Assembly (NCBI RefSeq): GCF_900232105.1
Contig: NZ_LT934425.1
Span: forward strand, 3,390,001-3,422,000
Source of the DNA: Candidatus Kuenenia stuttgartensis
GTDB lineage: Bacteria > Planctomycetota > Brocadiia > Brocadiales > Brocadiaceae
Direction of reading: 5' to 3'
DNA length: 32,000 bases
The notes beneath the pieces are model-generated. The model saw only the letters and a program-made list of their open reading frames with translations. It made no database searches and was not told where the DNA came from. Below, in pieces: positions 7,239 through 17,778 of this stretch. Position 1 is the first letter of the stretch. The number at the start of each line of letters is the position of its first letter. Both the position numbers and the translations under genes were made by a program.

Positions 7239-8660
7239 ATGAAAATTACTTTTCTAGTACCACCACCCATTGATGGAAATATCCCGGAGCGGGTTGCCGG
7301 GTGTGCATACCTGCTCTATTATGTCCCGAATATCTTCCTCCTCAGCGCAGCGGCTGTTCTGGAAAAGGCAGGTTGCGAAGTTCGATATATTGAAACTACC
7401 ATTAAAAAATGGGACCGAAGACAATTCCGGACGTTCCTCAGGGAAGATTTGAGTGATATTTACAGCTTCTACTCAGTCAATCTCTCACAAAAGACCGATA
7501 TGCAGGCATTGCATGACATCCGTGAGATAAGGGGAGATATACCGGTTGTATTTTTTGGCCCTGCACCATCAGACAGACCGCTGGAATTTGTTGCAGACGA
7601 CGATACCTATGCCGTCAGGGGTGAACCGGAATACACGATGCTTGAACTGGTAAATGCATTAGAGGATAAATCAGCCATTAACGGTATCAAAAGCGTGTCT
7701 TTCAGAAGCAATAATGGAATTATCAATAATGATACCAGAGAGCCAATAGAAAATCTGGACGAACTTCCCTTTCCCGCAAGACATCTTTTGGAAGAGAAGG
7801 ACGTCTATTATAATCCCAAACTGGGGATGCGGCCGTTTACTGCCGTTTGTACTTCACGGGGTTGTTCCTACCGCTGCATTTACTGTGTTCCTTCTTCACT
7901 GAGCTTCTCAAGAGAACTTGAATACAAGCATTACTTTGACAAAAAACCGCCCGTAAGGAAGCGGTCGTCTGAGAATATCATTGGGGAATTTGCCTTATTG
8001 AAATCGCAGGGGTATAAGGCAGTGAATATGCAAGATGACCAATTCGTGTGGGGAGAAGAAAGGACTATTAAAATTTGCGAGGGCATTAAAGATTTAGACA
8101 TAGTATGGGGGTGTTCCGCAAGGTCGGATCATCTGACGGAACCCATAGTAAGGGCAATGGCTGCGGCAAATTGTAAATTTATTGATCTTGGCGTGGAATC
8201 ATTTAACCAGGAAATACTGGATTATGTGAAAAAGGATATTGACGTTAAAAAGAATGAAGAGGCGATACGACTGGTAAAAAAATATGGCATATCTGCAAAA
8301 ATAAATATTATGTTCGGGGCTTCTCCATTAGAAACAATGGAAACCATAAGAAAAAATACAGAAGAAGTGAAACGGTTAAAGGTAGATCAGGTAATGTATA
8401 ATATCGCAAATCCATTTCCCGGGACTGATTTTTATAAAACGGCGAAAGAAAACAATTTATTTGTTTATGGTGACTATAAACCGGTGAATGTGGCAAAGGA
8501 AGCCAACATAGCCTATCCCCATCTGAGCAAGACAGACCTTGAAAGAGCGGTGCGCAGTGCCAATTTTGCATTTTTCCTTTCCCCCCGTTTTGTTCTTAAA
8601 AATATCAGAAGAATCGGTTCGCTTGATGCTTTGAAAGCGATGTTTCGAAAGCTTTTCTAA
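7239..8660 (+). CDS. B12-binding-domain radical SAM protein
   Basis: 473 aa. The N-terminal about 150 aa look Rossmann-like and are followed by the CX3CX2C motif in TSRGCSYRCIYCVPS. Size and layout fit class B radical SAM enzymes. Confidence 0.85.
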   Translation: MKITFLVPPPIDGNIPERVAGCAYLLYYVPNIFLLSAAAVLEKAGCEVRYIETTIKKWDRRQFRTFLREDLSDIYSFYSVNLSQKTDMQALHDIREIRGDIPVVFFGPAPSDRPLEFVADDDTYAVRGEPEYTMLELVNALEDKSAINGIKSVSFRSNNGIINNDTREPIENLDELPFPARHLLEEKDVYYNPKLGMRPFTAVCTSRGCSYRCIYCVPSSLSFSRELEYKHYFDKKPPVRKRSSENIIGEFALLKSQGYKAVNMQDDQFVWGEERTIKICEGIKDLDIVWGCSARSDHLTEPIVRAMAAANCKFIDLGVESFNQEILDYVKKDIDVKKNEEAIRLVKKYGISAKINIMFGASPLETMETIRKNTEEVKRLKVDQVMYNIANPFPGTDFYKTAKENNLFVYGDYKPVNVAKEANIAYPHLSKTDLERAVRSANFAFFLSPRFVLKNIRRIGSLDALKAMFRKLF

Positions 8661-8662
8661 CA

Positions 8663-9691
8663 ATGAAATTTTCAATCCTTATACCCGCTTATAACGAAGA
8701 AAAATCCATTTCCACCTGCCTTGATTCTCTTCTTTCCGTGACTTATCCCGACAAAGAAATTATTGTTATTGACGACGCCTCTTCGGACCATACCGTAAAA
8801 GAAGTCGAAACGTTTGCAAGCAGGGGCGTTATATTGGTAAAAAGAGAAAAAAACGGCGGGAGGGCTGCCGCCTTGAACTCGGGATTATCCCGGGCTACCG
8901 GAGAGATTGTCGTCACAACCGATGCGGATACCGGCGTTTCTCCCCATTGGTTAACCCTGTTTGAACGTCATTTTGCAGATGAAGAGGTTATTGCGGTTGG
9001 GGGCGCTTATAAAGCGCAAAACAAGGGTAATCCGCTGGCAAATGCAACAAGTGTATTAGATCAGATTTTGAACGGCACATTCAGAAAAACGTTTATTCCG
9101 AACAAAGTATCCGGAGTAAACTCTGCGATACGCAGGGATACATTGCTGGATTTGGGAGGGTTTAATGAAAGCGCATGGTGGAGCGAAGATTCCGAATTAG
9201 GATGGAAACTGGATAAAACCGGCAAGGTCATTTATGATCCGGAGAATGTTGTATATACACAATATCCTGATACATGGGAAGGCATATGGAGGAGGAAGTT
9301 TTACTGGGGATATGCGATGGGATTGAAATTCCGTCAGCATATGCCTTTCAGACTGAAATTATGGATACGTCCCACCGTATTTATGGCACTTTTTGTGAGC
9401 CTGGTTGTGTTTTTGGCAACGATACCCTGCGGAATGAGGGTATACTTTGTACCCGGATTATTTTTTGGAACATTATTGAGTGCATTAACATTAGTATATG
9501 TCCCGATAGGCGCAATCGTTATGATAAGAACGGGGGATACCGGTTTGGCAAAAACATTGCCGCTACTGGCAATCCTGCCTATTTTTCGGGAATTTGCGTA
9601 TGTGTACGGCATGTTTCTTGGTTATTGTAAAGGTAAGCCATCCGCCTTGAAACCTTCATGGAAGAGGAAACAGGGAAAGAAAAAATTATGA
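8663..9691 (+). CDS. family 2 glycosyltransferase with C-terminal membrane helices
   Basis: ILIPAYNEE...IIVIDDASSDHT, TDADT, WSEDSELG and RRKFYWG (Q/RxxRW-like) motifs, with about 3-4 hydrophobic helices in the last 120 aa. Starts 2 nt after the radical SAM stop. Confidence 0.85.
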   Translation: MKFSILIPAYNEEKSISTCLDSLLSVTYPDKEIIVIDDASSDHTVKEVETFASRGVILVKREKNGGRAAALNSGLSRATGEIVVTTDADTGVSPHWLTLFERHFADEEVIAVGGAYKAQNKGNPLANATSVLDQILNGTFRKTFIPNKVSGVNSAIRRDTLLDLGGFNESAWWSEDSELGWKLDKTGKVIYDPENVVYTQYPDTWEGIWRRKFYWGYAMGLKFRQHMPFRLKLWIRPTVFMALFVSLVVFLATIPCGMRVYFVPGLFFGTLLSALTLVYVPIGAIVMIRTGDTGLAKTLPLLAILPIFREFAYVYGMFLGYCKGKPSALKPSWKRKQGKKKL

Positions 9692-10758
9692 AAGAAAAAA
9701 CAAAAAAGAGTGTTTCATATAAAGATGCCGGTGTTGATATTGATACGAAAGGTTGTTTTACGTCGAATATCTATTCGAAAATGCAAACAACATTTGACGG
9801 CAGGGTAATTGAGAACCCAGGGGGATTTGGCGGGTTGTTTGCATTAAATTCAAGGCTGAAAAAATATCGACAGCCCGTTCTTGTTTCTTCCTCCGATGGC
9901 GTGGGCACAAAATTAAAAATAGCCTTTATGATGAATAAGCATGACACCATTGGCATTGATTTAGTGGCCATGTGTGTGAACGATGTTGTAGTGTTGGGTG
10001 CCGAGCCTTTGTTTTTTCTGGATTACCTTGCAAGCAGCAAAATCATACCTGAAGTTCTTCATGAAGTTATAGATGGTATCGTTGAAGGGTGCCGCCAGGC
10101 CGGTTGTTCACTCATTGGAGGTGAAACACCTGAAATGCCGGGATTTTACCAAAAAGGAGAATATGACATCGCTGGTTTTGTTGTGGGGGTGGTAGAAAAA
10201 GACGAGATTATTAATGGTAAAAACATTACACCGGGAGACGTTGTATTGGGGTTAGGTTCCAACGGCATTCACAGCAACGGGTATTCACTTGTTCGAAAGA
10301 TTTTTTTTGAGGAAGCGGGAATGAAGCCTTCCCGGAGTTTACGGAAATATGGGTTGAAAACAACCCTGGGAGAGGAGATTCTTAAGCCTACCAGGATTTA
10401 CGTAAAAGCAATTCTCAAAATATTAAATAAATATAAAAATAAAACTGTTATTAAGGGGATGGCGCATATCACCGGCGGCGGTTTGCTGGAAAATATACCG
10501 AGAATCCTGCCGGAAGGGTGCTCGGTGAAAATAGACAAAACCAGGTGGGACATTCCGGCAATATTTAAAATAATGCAGGATATCGGCAATATTAATGAGC
10601 GGGAAATGTTTCGTGTTTTTAATATGGGGATAGGTATGGCGCTGATTGTTTCTGCGTTGGATGTGAAAAAAATAATGAATGACCTAAACGCTGCCGGTGA
10701 ATCAGTATCGGTTATTGGCGAGGTAACTGAGGGGGAAAGAAGCGTACAGGTTATTTAA
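9688..10758 (+). CDS. purM: phosphoribosylformylglycinamidine cyclo-ligase (AIR synthetase)
   Basis: MKEKTKKSVSYKDAGVDID..., SSSDGVGTKLKIA, VAMCVNDVVVLGAEPLFFLDY, MAHITGGGL. ATG 9688 overlaps the GT2 stop (ATGA); the track start 9658 is upstream in frame. Confidence 0.93.
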   Translation: MKEKTKKSVSYKDAGVDIDTKGCFTSNIYSKMQTTFDGRVIENPGGFGGLFALNSRLKKYRQPVLVSSSDGVGTKLKIAFMMNKHDTIGIDLVAMCVNDVVVLGAEPLFFLDYLASSKIIPEVLHEVIDGIVEGCRQAGCSLIGGETPEMPGFYQKGEYDIAGFVVGVVEKDEIINGKNITPGDVVLGLGSNGIHSNGYSLVRKIFFEEAGMKPSRSLRKYGLKTTLGEEILKPTRIYVKAILKILNKYKNKTVIKGMAHITGGGLLENIPRILPEGCSVKIDKTRWDIPAIFKIMQDIGNINEREMFRVFNMGIGMALIVSALDVKKIMNDLNAAGESVSVIGEVTEGERSVQVI

Positions 10759-10820
10759 CGGAATCAATTAAATAATAGAGGAATTTTCGTTTTATGTAAA
10801 AACGAAATACCAGCAAAAGA

Positions 10821-10855
10821 AAAATCCCCCTGAACCTTATGTTCAGGGGGATTTT
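10821..10855. terminator. bidirectional rho-independent terminator between purM and the convergent OMP gene
   Basis: AAAATCCCCCTGAAC-cttat-GTTCAGGGGGATTTT: a GC-rich stem with an A-run on one side and a T-run on the other. Confidence 0.7.
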
Positions 10856-10896
10856 CATTTATCATTAGCAATAATTGAATTCCTTTGTTTTTAAAC

Positions 10897-12165
10897 CTAG
10901 AATAAGTATTCTACGCCTGCCCCTACAATTACCTCTTCGTCAGCGCTGTCATCACCGGCAAAATTAATATACCTGAATTCAGGCCTGAATAAGAGATTTT
11001 CTCTCACCTTTATGTTTGCAGTGACGGTTACGTCCCATACTGAAGTATCAAACCATCTTACACCATCGGTATCGTCGAGGTATTCGTATCGAACAACACC
11101 CTGGAACCAGTCGGTAAAATCATATAAACTATATCCGGCAACGCCCCACCAATGGCCGGTAGTACCAGTGGCCATACCGCTGGAAATATCCATTGCGGCA
11201 TCTTCTGCAACACCCCAATCTCCATTGAACATTAACTTCAACTTGTTTGTTAACTGGTATGATGCTACCAGGTCAAACATTTGAGTTAAACCACCGGTAG
11301 AACTGCTTCGTTGAGCATCGCTCGCAATCGGCCCCTTTTCCTGATCCCAACCTTCAGCGCCGTGAATACCTGCTAAGGAAACAAAGGTCTTTTCTGATGG
11401 TGAAGTATAAGAAATGTACCATCCGAGAGACTTTGCGGAGTTGTTATCGATGAAAGAGTCCCATCCGTTCACCAAATAAAGTGCGGCATAAACATTGTCC
11501 GTTAAATCATATCCTGCCTTAATTCCGGTGTGGGTAAAAGGGATTGCATTGTTATAAAGCGTGCCGTGCTGATAATTAGGGTTCCCTATGTTTTCAACCA
11601 GCTCTAATCCAATCCATGTATACATCTTACCTGCGGTAATGGTTAATCCTTTACCTATTGGCGCAATCCATGAAATATTTGCTGTGGCTACGGTAAAAAT
11701 ATCGTCTCTGTCGGGATCATTCGTACCCCGGGGAGTTGCTTCTCCCAAGAAAGTAATTCTTTTCGCCTTTTCACCAAAATAGGTATGTAACTGCCAGCCT
11801 ATAGGGTGTTCTTCAGTGGCTTCCTTATCTAAGAAAAGGGTAAAGCTCTCGAAGGTTAATGAATTATTTTCGTTTTCACCAATAAAGTTCAAGCCACTCG
11901 CAAGTTCATCCTGTTGAGGAGAATTGCTATGTTTCTTGAAACTGTAAAAATAATTCACATCCAAAAATCCGCTCAAAGAAACGTTTTTTAGGCCACCTAA
12001 TAAGGGTGAATCCCACACGGTTTCGTTTACCTCTGCTAATATTTCCTCTTTTAACTCTGCCTTTAATGCTTCTCTGTCAAAATCCTGTGCAAAAGTAGTT
12101 TGACTTGCTAAAAAAATTCCTGCAGCAAGCAGTGGAAGCATAAAAGAAAACTTTTTATGTATCAT
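10897..12165 (-). CDS. outer-membrane beta-barrel protein (putative porin)
   Basis: Signal peptide MIHKKFSFMLPLLAAGIFLASQTTFAQ. Alternating aromatic/Gly-rich strands. C-terminal ...GAGVEYLF with the terminal Phe typical of OMPs. Confidence 0.7.
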   Translation of the reverse strand: MIHKKFSFMLPLLAAGIFLASQTTFAQDFDREALKAELKEEILAEVNETVWDSPLLGGLKNVSLSGFLDVNYFYSFKKHSNSPQQDELASGLNFIGENENNSLTFESFTLFLDKEATEEHPIGWQLHTYFGEKAKRITFLGEATPRGTNDPDRDDIFTVATANISWIAPIGKGLTITAGKMYTWIGLELVENIGNPNYQHGTLYNNAIPFTHTGIKAGYDLTDNVYAALYLVNGWDSFIDNNSAKSLGWYISYTSPSEKTFVSLAGIHGAEGWDQEKGPIASDAQRSSSTGGLTQMFDLVASYQLTNKLKLMFNGDWGVAEDAAMDISSGMATGTTGHWWGVAGYSLYDFTDWFQGVVRYEYLDDTDGVRWFDTSVWDVTVTANIKVRENLLFRPEFRYINFAGDDSADEEVIVGAGVEYLF

Positions 12166-12572
12166 AATTACTTTTCTCCTATTCTTGTAAGATTGTTAAA
12201 AACCAATTCTAACGAAACGTAAGATTGTTGTAAAATATCCCTCCTTTCCTCTTCCTCTTTTTTACTATTAAAAGATTTTTACATAAAACACACAATACTA
12301 CGTACGAAATAGACGAAAGACCCAAACAACACTTCTTAGTTCCGTGAAAATAATAAGCGAGCAAAGAGAGTGCCTTTGCAATAATATATCATTATATATG
12401 AATAATTTATTATTATTAAACTTATTTTTGCAAAAAAATTAATACAACTACTTATAAAATAACACTATATGGCATAGGTATACAAAAGAGGTTAAAATGA
12501 AAAATCTTGCATACATTTATAAAGTAAGCATATAATTGGTCATTTTTTATAAAATGGGATATATTTGCCATT

Positions 12573-12634
12573 AAGAGTGGCCGATATGCTCCATTAACAC
12601 TTCAAGAGTGGCCGATATGCTCCGTTAACACTTC
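12573..12634. repeat. 31-bp tandem direct repeat x2 (one A/G difference)
   Basis: AAGAGTGGCCGATATGCTCC[A/G]TTAACACTTC occurs at 12573-12603 and 12604-12634 in the porin/fhs divergent intergenic region. Confidence 0.9.
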
Positions 12635-12646
12635 ATACGTGTTATA

Positions 12647-12655
12647 GGGGGGGGG
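12647..12655. repeat. homopolymeric G9 tract
   Basis: Read directly: ttataGGGGGGGGGtatttt, 12 nt after the tandem repeat. Confidence 0.9.
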
Positions 12656-12724
12656 TATTTTACAGTTATTGACTTTTTTGTAAACAAAATTCGCAGGAGG
12701 GTATTGATTAGGGAATCATTTTTC

Positions 12725-12752
12725 TTGACCTTAACAGTTTTACAAGTATAAT
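12725..12752 (+). promoter_or_regulatory. sigma70-like promoter candidate for fhs
   Basis: TTGACC (12725-12730), 16 nt spacer, TATAAT (12747-12752). It would give a leader of about 140 nt ending in AAAGGAGG before ATG 12896. Confidence 0.4.
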
Positions 12753-12895
12753 CGAGCGATTTATATGCCGCAGAGACCATAATACCACGATAGTGAGTGA
12801 TAAGAGAGACACTTAGGTATGTATCTTAGATAGCAAAAATACTTTTTTAATTTATTACAAATGTAAAATTTACATTAAAAGGAGGCGTTAATATT

Positions 12896-14659
12896 ATGTC
12901 ATTAGATCCTACCAAATTTGCGGATTGGCAGATAGCGGAAGAAGCAGAAAAGGGGATGAAGACTGTATATGAGTTAGCGGATAAATTAGGTCTTGCGAAA
13001 GAAGAGCTGCTTCCTCATGGGCACTATGTAGCCAAGGTTGATTACAAGAAAATATTGAAGCGATATGAAGGCAAACCTGACGGCAAATTTGTCGATGTAA
13101 CCGCCATAACTCCTACGCCACTTGGTGAAGGCAAATCAACAACCACGATAGGGTTGGTGCAGGGACTAGGGAAAAGAGGCAAGAACGTTATAGGTACAAT
13201 ACGGCAGCCGTCCGGCGGCCCTACGATGAACATAAAAGGGTCGGCAGCCGGAGGAGGTCTTTCGCAGTGCATCCCCCTCACGCCATTTTCTTTGGGGCTT
13301 ACCGGTGATATTAACGCGATAATGAATGCGCATAATTTGGCGATGGTGGCGCTTACCTCAAGAATGCAGCACGAATTTAATTATGACGATGCGACACTTG
13401 CCAAAAAAAACCTGAGGCGGTTGAATATTGACCCCCACAGGGTTGAAATGAAATGGATCATAGACTTTTGCGCCCAGTCGCTTCGCCAGATTGTGATTGG
13501 ATTGGGGGGCAAGATGGACGGGTTCATGATGGAGTCCGGATTTGCCATAGCAGTTTCTTCAGAAATCATGGCAATTCTCTCTGTTGCCAAAGACCTGAAA
13601 GACATGCGTGAACGCATGGGAAAGATCGTAGTGGCGTATGACAAATCAGGAAAGCCTGTAACAACGGCTGATCTGGAAGTAGACGGCGCAATGACGGCAT
13701 GGATGGTGGAGGCTCTCAATCCGAACCTGATGCAAACTATTGAAGGTCAGCCGGTCTTTGTGCATGCTGGTCCTTTTGCCAATATTGCTATCGGGCAGTC
13801 TTCAATTGTGGCGGATAGGATTGCTTTGAAACTAGGGGATTACGTGGTTACCGAATCAGGATTTGGCGCGGACATCGGATTTGAGAAATTCTGGAATCTG
13901 AAGTGCCGTTTTTCTGGCAGCAAACCGAATGCTGCTGTATTGGTTGCTACTGTGAGGGCGCTCAAGTGTCATGGGGGTGCGCCTGTGCCGGTGCCGGGAC
14001 ATCCGCTTGATCCGTGCTATAAGGAGGAGAATGTCGGGTGGGTGGAAAAAGGGACGGAAAACCTGACCCATCTTATTAATGTTGTGAAAAAGGCGGGGAT
14101 TAATCCGGTAGTGTGTATTAATGCATTTTATACGGACACAGAGCCGGAGATTAATGCTGTAAGGAGGCTTGCGGAGCGGGCAGGGGCACGCGTTGCGTTG
14201 TCAAAGCATTGGCTAAAGGGGGGAGATGGTGCGGTGGAACTTGCTGATGCAGTAATTGATGCCTGCAATGAGCCAAATGACTTTAAATTTCTGTATGAAC
14301 TCAGCACGCCGCTAAGAACGCGTATAGAGTTAATTGCGGAGCAGGTGTATGGTGCGGACGGCGTGGATTACAGTCCGGACGCTTTAGCAAAAGTAAAGGC
14401 CATGGAAGCTGATCCTGAAACTTCAAAGCTTGGAACATGCATGGTGAAGACGCATCTTTCACTCACGGATAATCCCAATATAAAGGGAGCGCCAAAGAAC
14501 TGGAGGCTGAGTATCCGGGATATTCTGACATTTAAGGGTGCGGGGTTTGTGGTGCCCATTGCGGGGAATATTAAACTGATGCCGGGAACATGTTCCGATC
14601 CGGCGTATCGCCGCGTTGATGTTGATGTGGAAACCGGAAAAGTAAAAGGGCTTTTCTGA
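12896..14659 (+). CDS. fhs: formate--tetrahydrofolate ligase
   Basis: 587 aa. ...[17 protein letters not shown]..., [10 protein letters not shown], ...THLSLTDNP..., PGLPxxPA-like tail [16 protein letters not shown]. Full-length FTHFS pattern. Confidence 0.95.
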   Translation: MSLDPTKFADWQIAEEAEKGMKTVYELADKLGLAKEELLPHGHYVAKVDYKKILKRYEGKPDGKFVDVTAITPTPLGEGKSTTTIGLVQGLGKRGKNVIGTIRQPSGGPTMNIKGSAAGGGLSQCIPLTPFSLGLTGDINAIMNAHNLAMVALTSRMQHEFNYDDATLAKKNLRRLNIDPHRVEMKWIIDFCAQSLRQIVIGLGGKMDGFMMESGFAIAVSSEIMAILSVAKDLKDMRERMGKIVVAYDKSGKPVTTADLEVDGAMTAWMVEALNPNLMQTIEGQPVFVHAGPFANIAIGQSSIVADRIALKLGDYVVTESGFGADIGFEKFWNLKCRFSGSKPNAAVLVATVRALKCHGGAPVPVPGHPLDPCYKEENVGWVEKGTENLTHLINVVKKAGINPVVCINAFYTDTEPEINAVRRLAERAGARVALSKHWLKGGDGAVELADAVIDACNEPNDFKFLYELSTPLRTRIELIAEQVYGADGVDYSPDALAKVKAMEADPETSKLGTCMVKTHLSLTDNPNIKGAPKNWRLSIRDILTFKGAGFVVPIAGNIKLMPGTCSDPAYRRVDVDVETGKVKGLF

Positions 14660-14719
14660 TATATTTTATTATTTTTTTCAACATGATTTAAAAGGCTGCA
14701 CATTTCAGGGCAAAAGAAG

Positions 14720-14760
14720 AAGGCTGGCGGATGATAATGAAGTCCACAGCCTTTTTTTTT
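14720..14760 (+). terminator. rho-independent terminator after fhs
   Basis: AAGGCTG...CAGCCTT stem followed by a T9 run (14752-14760). Confidence 0.6.
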
Positions 14761-14781
14761 GAGTGCCTTGTTAACAATGCC

Positions 14782-14811
14782 TTGACATAAACATTCATCT
14801 TCGCTTAAAAT
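14782..14811 (+). promoter_or_regulatory. sigma70-like promoter candidate upstream of secA
   Basis: TTGACA (14782-14787), 18 nt spacer, TAAAAT (14806-14811). Implies a 5' leader of about 235 nt before secA. Confidence 0.4.
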
Positions 14812-15053
14812 GAAATGCCTGTTACCTTTGGTTACTAAGGAGCGCGAAAATACCCCTTCGGCAGTCGTTCCTGACAGAGAGGGAAATCTTAAGATTTGGA
14901 ACAAGGATTTCCCCGCCGTCTGCCCTGAGCGGAAGATTTCTTGCTATTTCTTTTCCTGAAATGATAAAAGCGAGGGGGGGCGAAATAACAATTACAGGTG
15001 AAATCTGTCGTTGTTTAATTATAAAAATTCTTTTTTAGCATTATTTTGAAATT

Positions 15054-17696
15054 ATGATAACAAAATTATTCGGGACATCGAACGATCGGGTATTAAAAAA
15101 GATATACCCAATTGTAAAGCAAATAAATTCCCTTGAACCAAAAATGAAGTCTTTGACTGATTCCGAATTACGTCAAAAAACAGATGAATATAAGGAAAGA
15201 TTGTCAAAAGGCGAAACGATGGATAATATTTTGTCGGAAGCATTTGCCACGGTAAGAGAAGCAAGCAGAAGGATTCTTGTGGTTCCAAATGCGGATAGTC
15301 CGGACAAGACGATGAGGCATTTTGATGTTCAGCTTATAGGTGGCATTGTGTTGCATCATGGTAAAATTGCTGAAATGACCACTGGAGAAGGTAAAACGCT
15401 TGTCGCGACTCTGCCTGCATATCTAAATGCTTTATCGGGAAAAGGCGTCCATGTAGTGACGGTCAATGATTATTTGGCAAAGCGTGACAGAGACTGGATG
15501 TCTCCATTATATGAATTTCTGGGATTAAAGGCAGGGGCTATTCAGTCACATCAGGCCTATGATGAAAAAAAAGAGGCATATTTATGCGATATAACCTATG
15601 GTACAAACAATGAATTTGGTTTTGATTATCTTCGCGATAATATGAAAGTGAGACTGGAGGAGCAGGTACAAGTTAGCTGTGGTTTAAATTTTGCTATTGT
15701 TGATGAGGTGGACAGTATTCTTATTGATGAAGCACGTACACCTTTAATCATTTCCGGGCCTGCGGAAGAATCTACGGAGAAATATTATGTAGCAGATAAA
15801 ATAGCAAGGAGATTAAAACGGGGAGAGCATTTCGAAATAAAAGAAAAAGAACGCATGGCGCATCTTACCGAGGAAGGCATTGAAGAGGTTGAAAAGTTTT
15901 TAAATGTGGAAAGTCTTTATACAGGCACAAACATGGAATGGCCTCATTATATTGAACAAGCGTTGCGCGCCCATTACCTGTTCAGAAATGAAACAGATTA
16001 TATCGTAAAAAATGGTGAGGTTATTATTGTTGACGAATTTACCGGAAGATTGATGGAAGGAAGACAATGGAGTGACGGATTGCATCAGGCGATACAAGCG
16101 AAAGAACATCAGCGTATTAAGGAAGAAAATCAAACACTTGCCACCATAACCCTTCAGAATTTCTATAGATTATATGATAAACTTTCCGGAATGACAGGTA
16201 CTGCTTTAACAGAGGCTGCGGAATTTGATAAGATTTACAAACTGGAAGTGGTCACTATCCCCACGAATAAGCCTTTGCAACGTAAGATTTTCCCGGACAG
16301 GGTTTATAGAACGGAAAAAGAAAAATACGATGCTATTGTCCGGGAAATTGTCGAAGTGCATAAACAGGAAAGGCCGGTATTGGTCGGGACAGTGTCTATT
16401 GAAAAATCAGAATTTATAAGCGAGAAGCTCCGAAGGGAAGGTATCGAACACGAGGTGCTGAATGCAAAACATCATGAGCGGGAAGCTCAGATAATTGCAA
16501 AGGCAGGGCAGCGGGGCAATGTTACCATTGCTACGAATATGGCAGGCAGGGGTACTGATATTGTTTTAGAAGAAGGCGTCGCTTCCCTGGGTGGACTTCA
16601 TATCATAGGCACTGAAAGGCATGAAGCGAGGCGTATTGATAATCAGCTTCGCGGACGTGCAGGCAGGCAGGGCGATCCGGGATCATCACGCTTTTACGTC
16701 TCATTGCAGGATGATTTAATGCGCATTTTTGCTTCCGAACGTGTGAGTTCTCTGCTAAAAACATTTGGCATGGAAGAAGGCATGGCTATCGAACACTCGA
16801 TGGTCTCTAAATCTATTGAAAGGGCGCAGAAAAAAGTAGAAGCGCATAATTTTGAAATACGTAAACACTTGCTTGATTATGATGAAGTAATGGACCATCA
16901 GCGAAAAACAATATACAGTCTTAGACAAAATGTGCTTGAGGGAAAATACTTATACGATTATATCACACAAATGATAGAAGACAGCATTTGCGAGATGGTA
17001 GGCCATGCATTTGAAACAAAAAGCATCGGGAGTGAAAAAAACTATGAGGATGATGATGACTACCCTGAAGAATATTTTGATTTGGCTGGATGGTTTGAGC
17101 AAAAATTCGGCATACCGGTTGATCTAAATGAAGTTGGGGAGAAGACCCGCCAGAATATTGAGGAGTTCCTGACGCAAAAGGCATTTGATGCTTACAAGGA
17201 AAAGGAAAATGCTATTGGCAAATTCGGAATGGAAAAAATAGCGCAAATCCTTTTGTTGGAGAAGATTGATACAAAGTGGAAAGACCATTTATATGCAATG
17301 GATCACTTGCGGTCCGGCATAGGATTAAGGGGATATGCCCAGATTGATCCAAGGATAGAATATAAGCGGGAAGCGCTTGGCATGTTTGAAAATATGAATA
17401 TGTCCATAAAAGATGAAGTGACAAGTCTTATTTTTAAACTGCAGAAGGTAGAGGAATCGGAGATAAAGGAAGTATTGCGTCCGGAAACATACATACATAA
17501 GGAAGTTTCCGGACGGGAAAGAATACAGGGACCTCCAGACCCAATAACTGCTCCTGTTCGGGAAAATAATGCAAGAGCGGAAGAACGGGTGGAAAGAAAA
17601 GTGGAACCGATAAAAGTCGGTGTTAAAGTCGGGAGAAACCAGCCTTGCATATGTGGCAGTGGCAAAAAATTTAAACAGTGTTGCGGCAGGGCATGA
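15054..17696 (+). CDS. secA: preprotein translocase ATPase SecA
   Basis: 880 aa. MITKLFGTSNDRVLKK..., Walker A MTTGEGKTLVA, DEVDSILIDEARTPLIISG, TNMAGRGTDI, and the C-terminal zinc site CICGSGKKFKQCCG. Confidence 0.97.
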   Translation: MITKLFGTSNDRVLKKIYPIVKQINSLEPKMKSLTDSELRQKTDEYKERLSKGETMDNILSEAFATVREASRRILVVPNADSPDKTMRHFDVQLIGGIVLHHGKIAEMTTGEGKTLVATLPAYLNALSGKGVHVVTVNDYLAKRDRDWMSPLYEFLGLKAGAIQSHQAYDEKKEAYLCDITYGTNNEFGFDYLRDNMKVRLEEQVQVSCGLNFAIVDEVDSILIDEARTPLIISGPAEESTEKYYVADKIARRLKRGEHFEIKEKERMAHLTEEGIEEVEKFLNVESLYTGTNMEWPHYIEQALRAHYLFRNETDYIVKNGEVIIVDEFTGRLMEGRQWSDGLHQAIQAKEHQRIKEENQTLATITLQNFYRLYDKLSGMTGTALTEAAEFDKIYKLEVVTIPTNKPLQRKIFPDRVYRTEKEKYDAIVREIVEVHKQERPVLVGTVSIEKSEFISEKLRREGIEHEVLNAKHHEREAQIIAKAGQRGNVTIATNMAGRGTDIVLEEGVASLGGLHIIGTERHEARRIDNQLRGRAGRQGDPGSSRFYVSLQDDLMRIFASERVSSLLKTFGMEEGMAIEHSMVSKSIERAQKKVEAHNFEIRKHLLDYDEVMDHQRKTIYSLRQNVLEGKYLYDYITQMIEDSICEMVGHAFETKSIGSEKNYEDDDDYPEEYFDLAGWFEQKFGIPVDLNEVGEKTRQNIEEFLTQKAFDAYKEKENAIGKFGMEKIAQILLLEKIDTKWKDHLYAMDHLRSGIGLRGYAQIDPRIEYKREALGMFENMNMSIKDEVTSLIFKLQKVEESEIKEVLRPETYIHKEVSGRERIQGPPDPITAPVRENNARAEERVERKVEPIKVGVKVGRNQPCICGSGKKFKQCCGRA

Positions 17697-17778
17697 TAAT
17701 TTAGATGCGTTATCATTGTATTAATGAACCGGTTAGAAGCAGCGCTGTGTATTTATTATAAAATCCTTTCCTATTTGC

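Noticed and set aside
12573-12634. Tandem repeats at 12573-12634 and 21608-21653 considered as a possible CRISPR array.
   Set aside because: There are only two directly abutting units, with no spacers and no cas genes.
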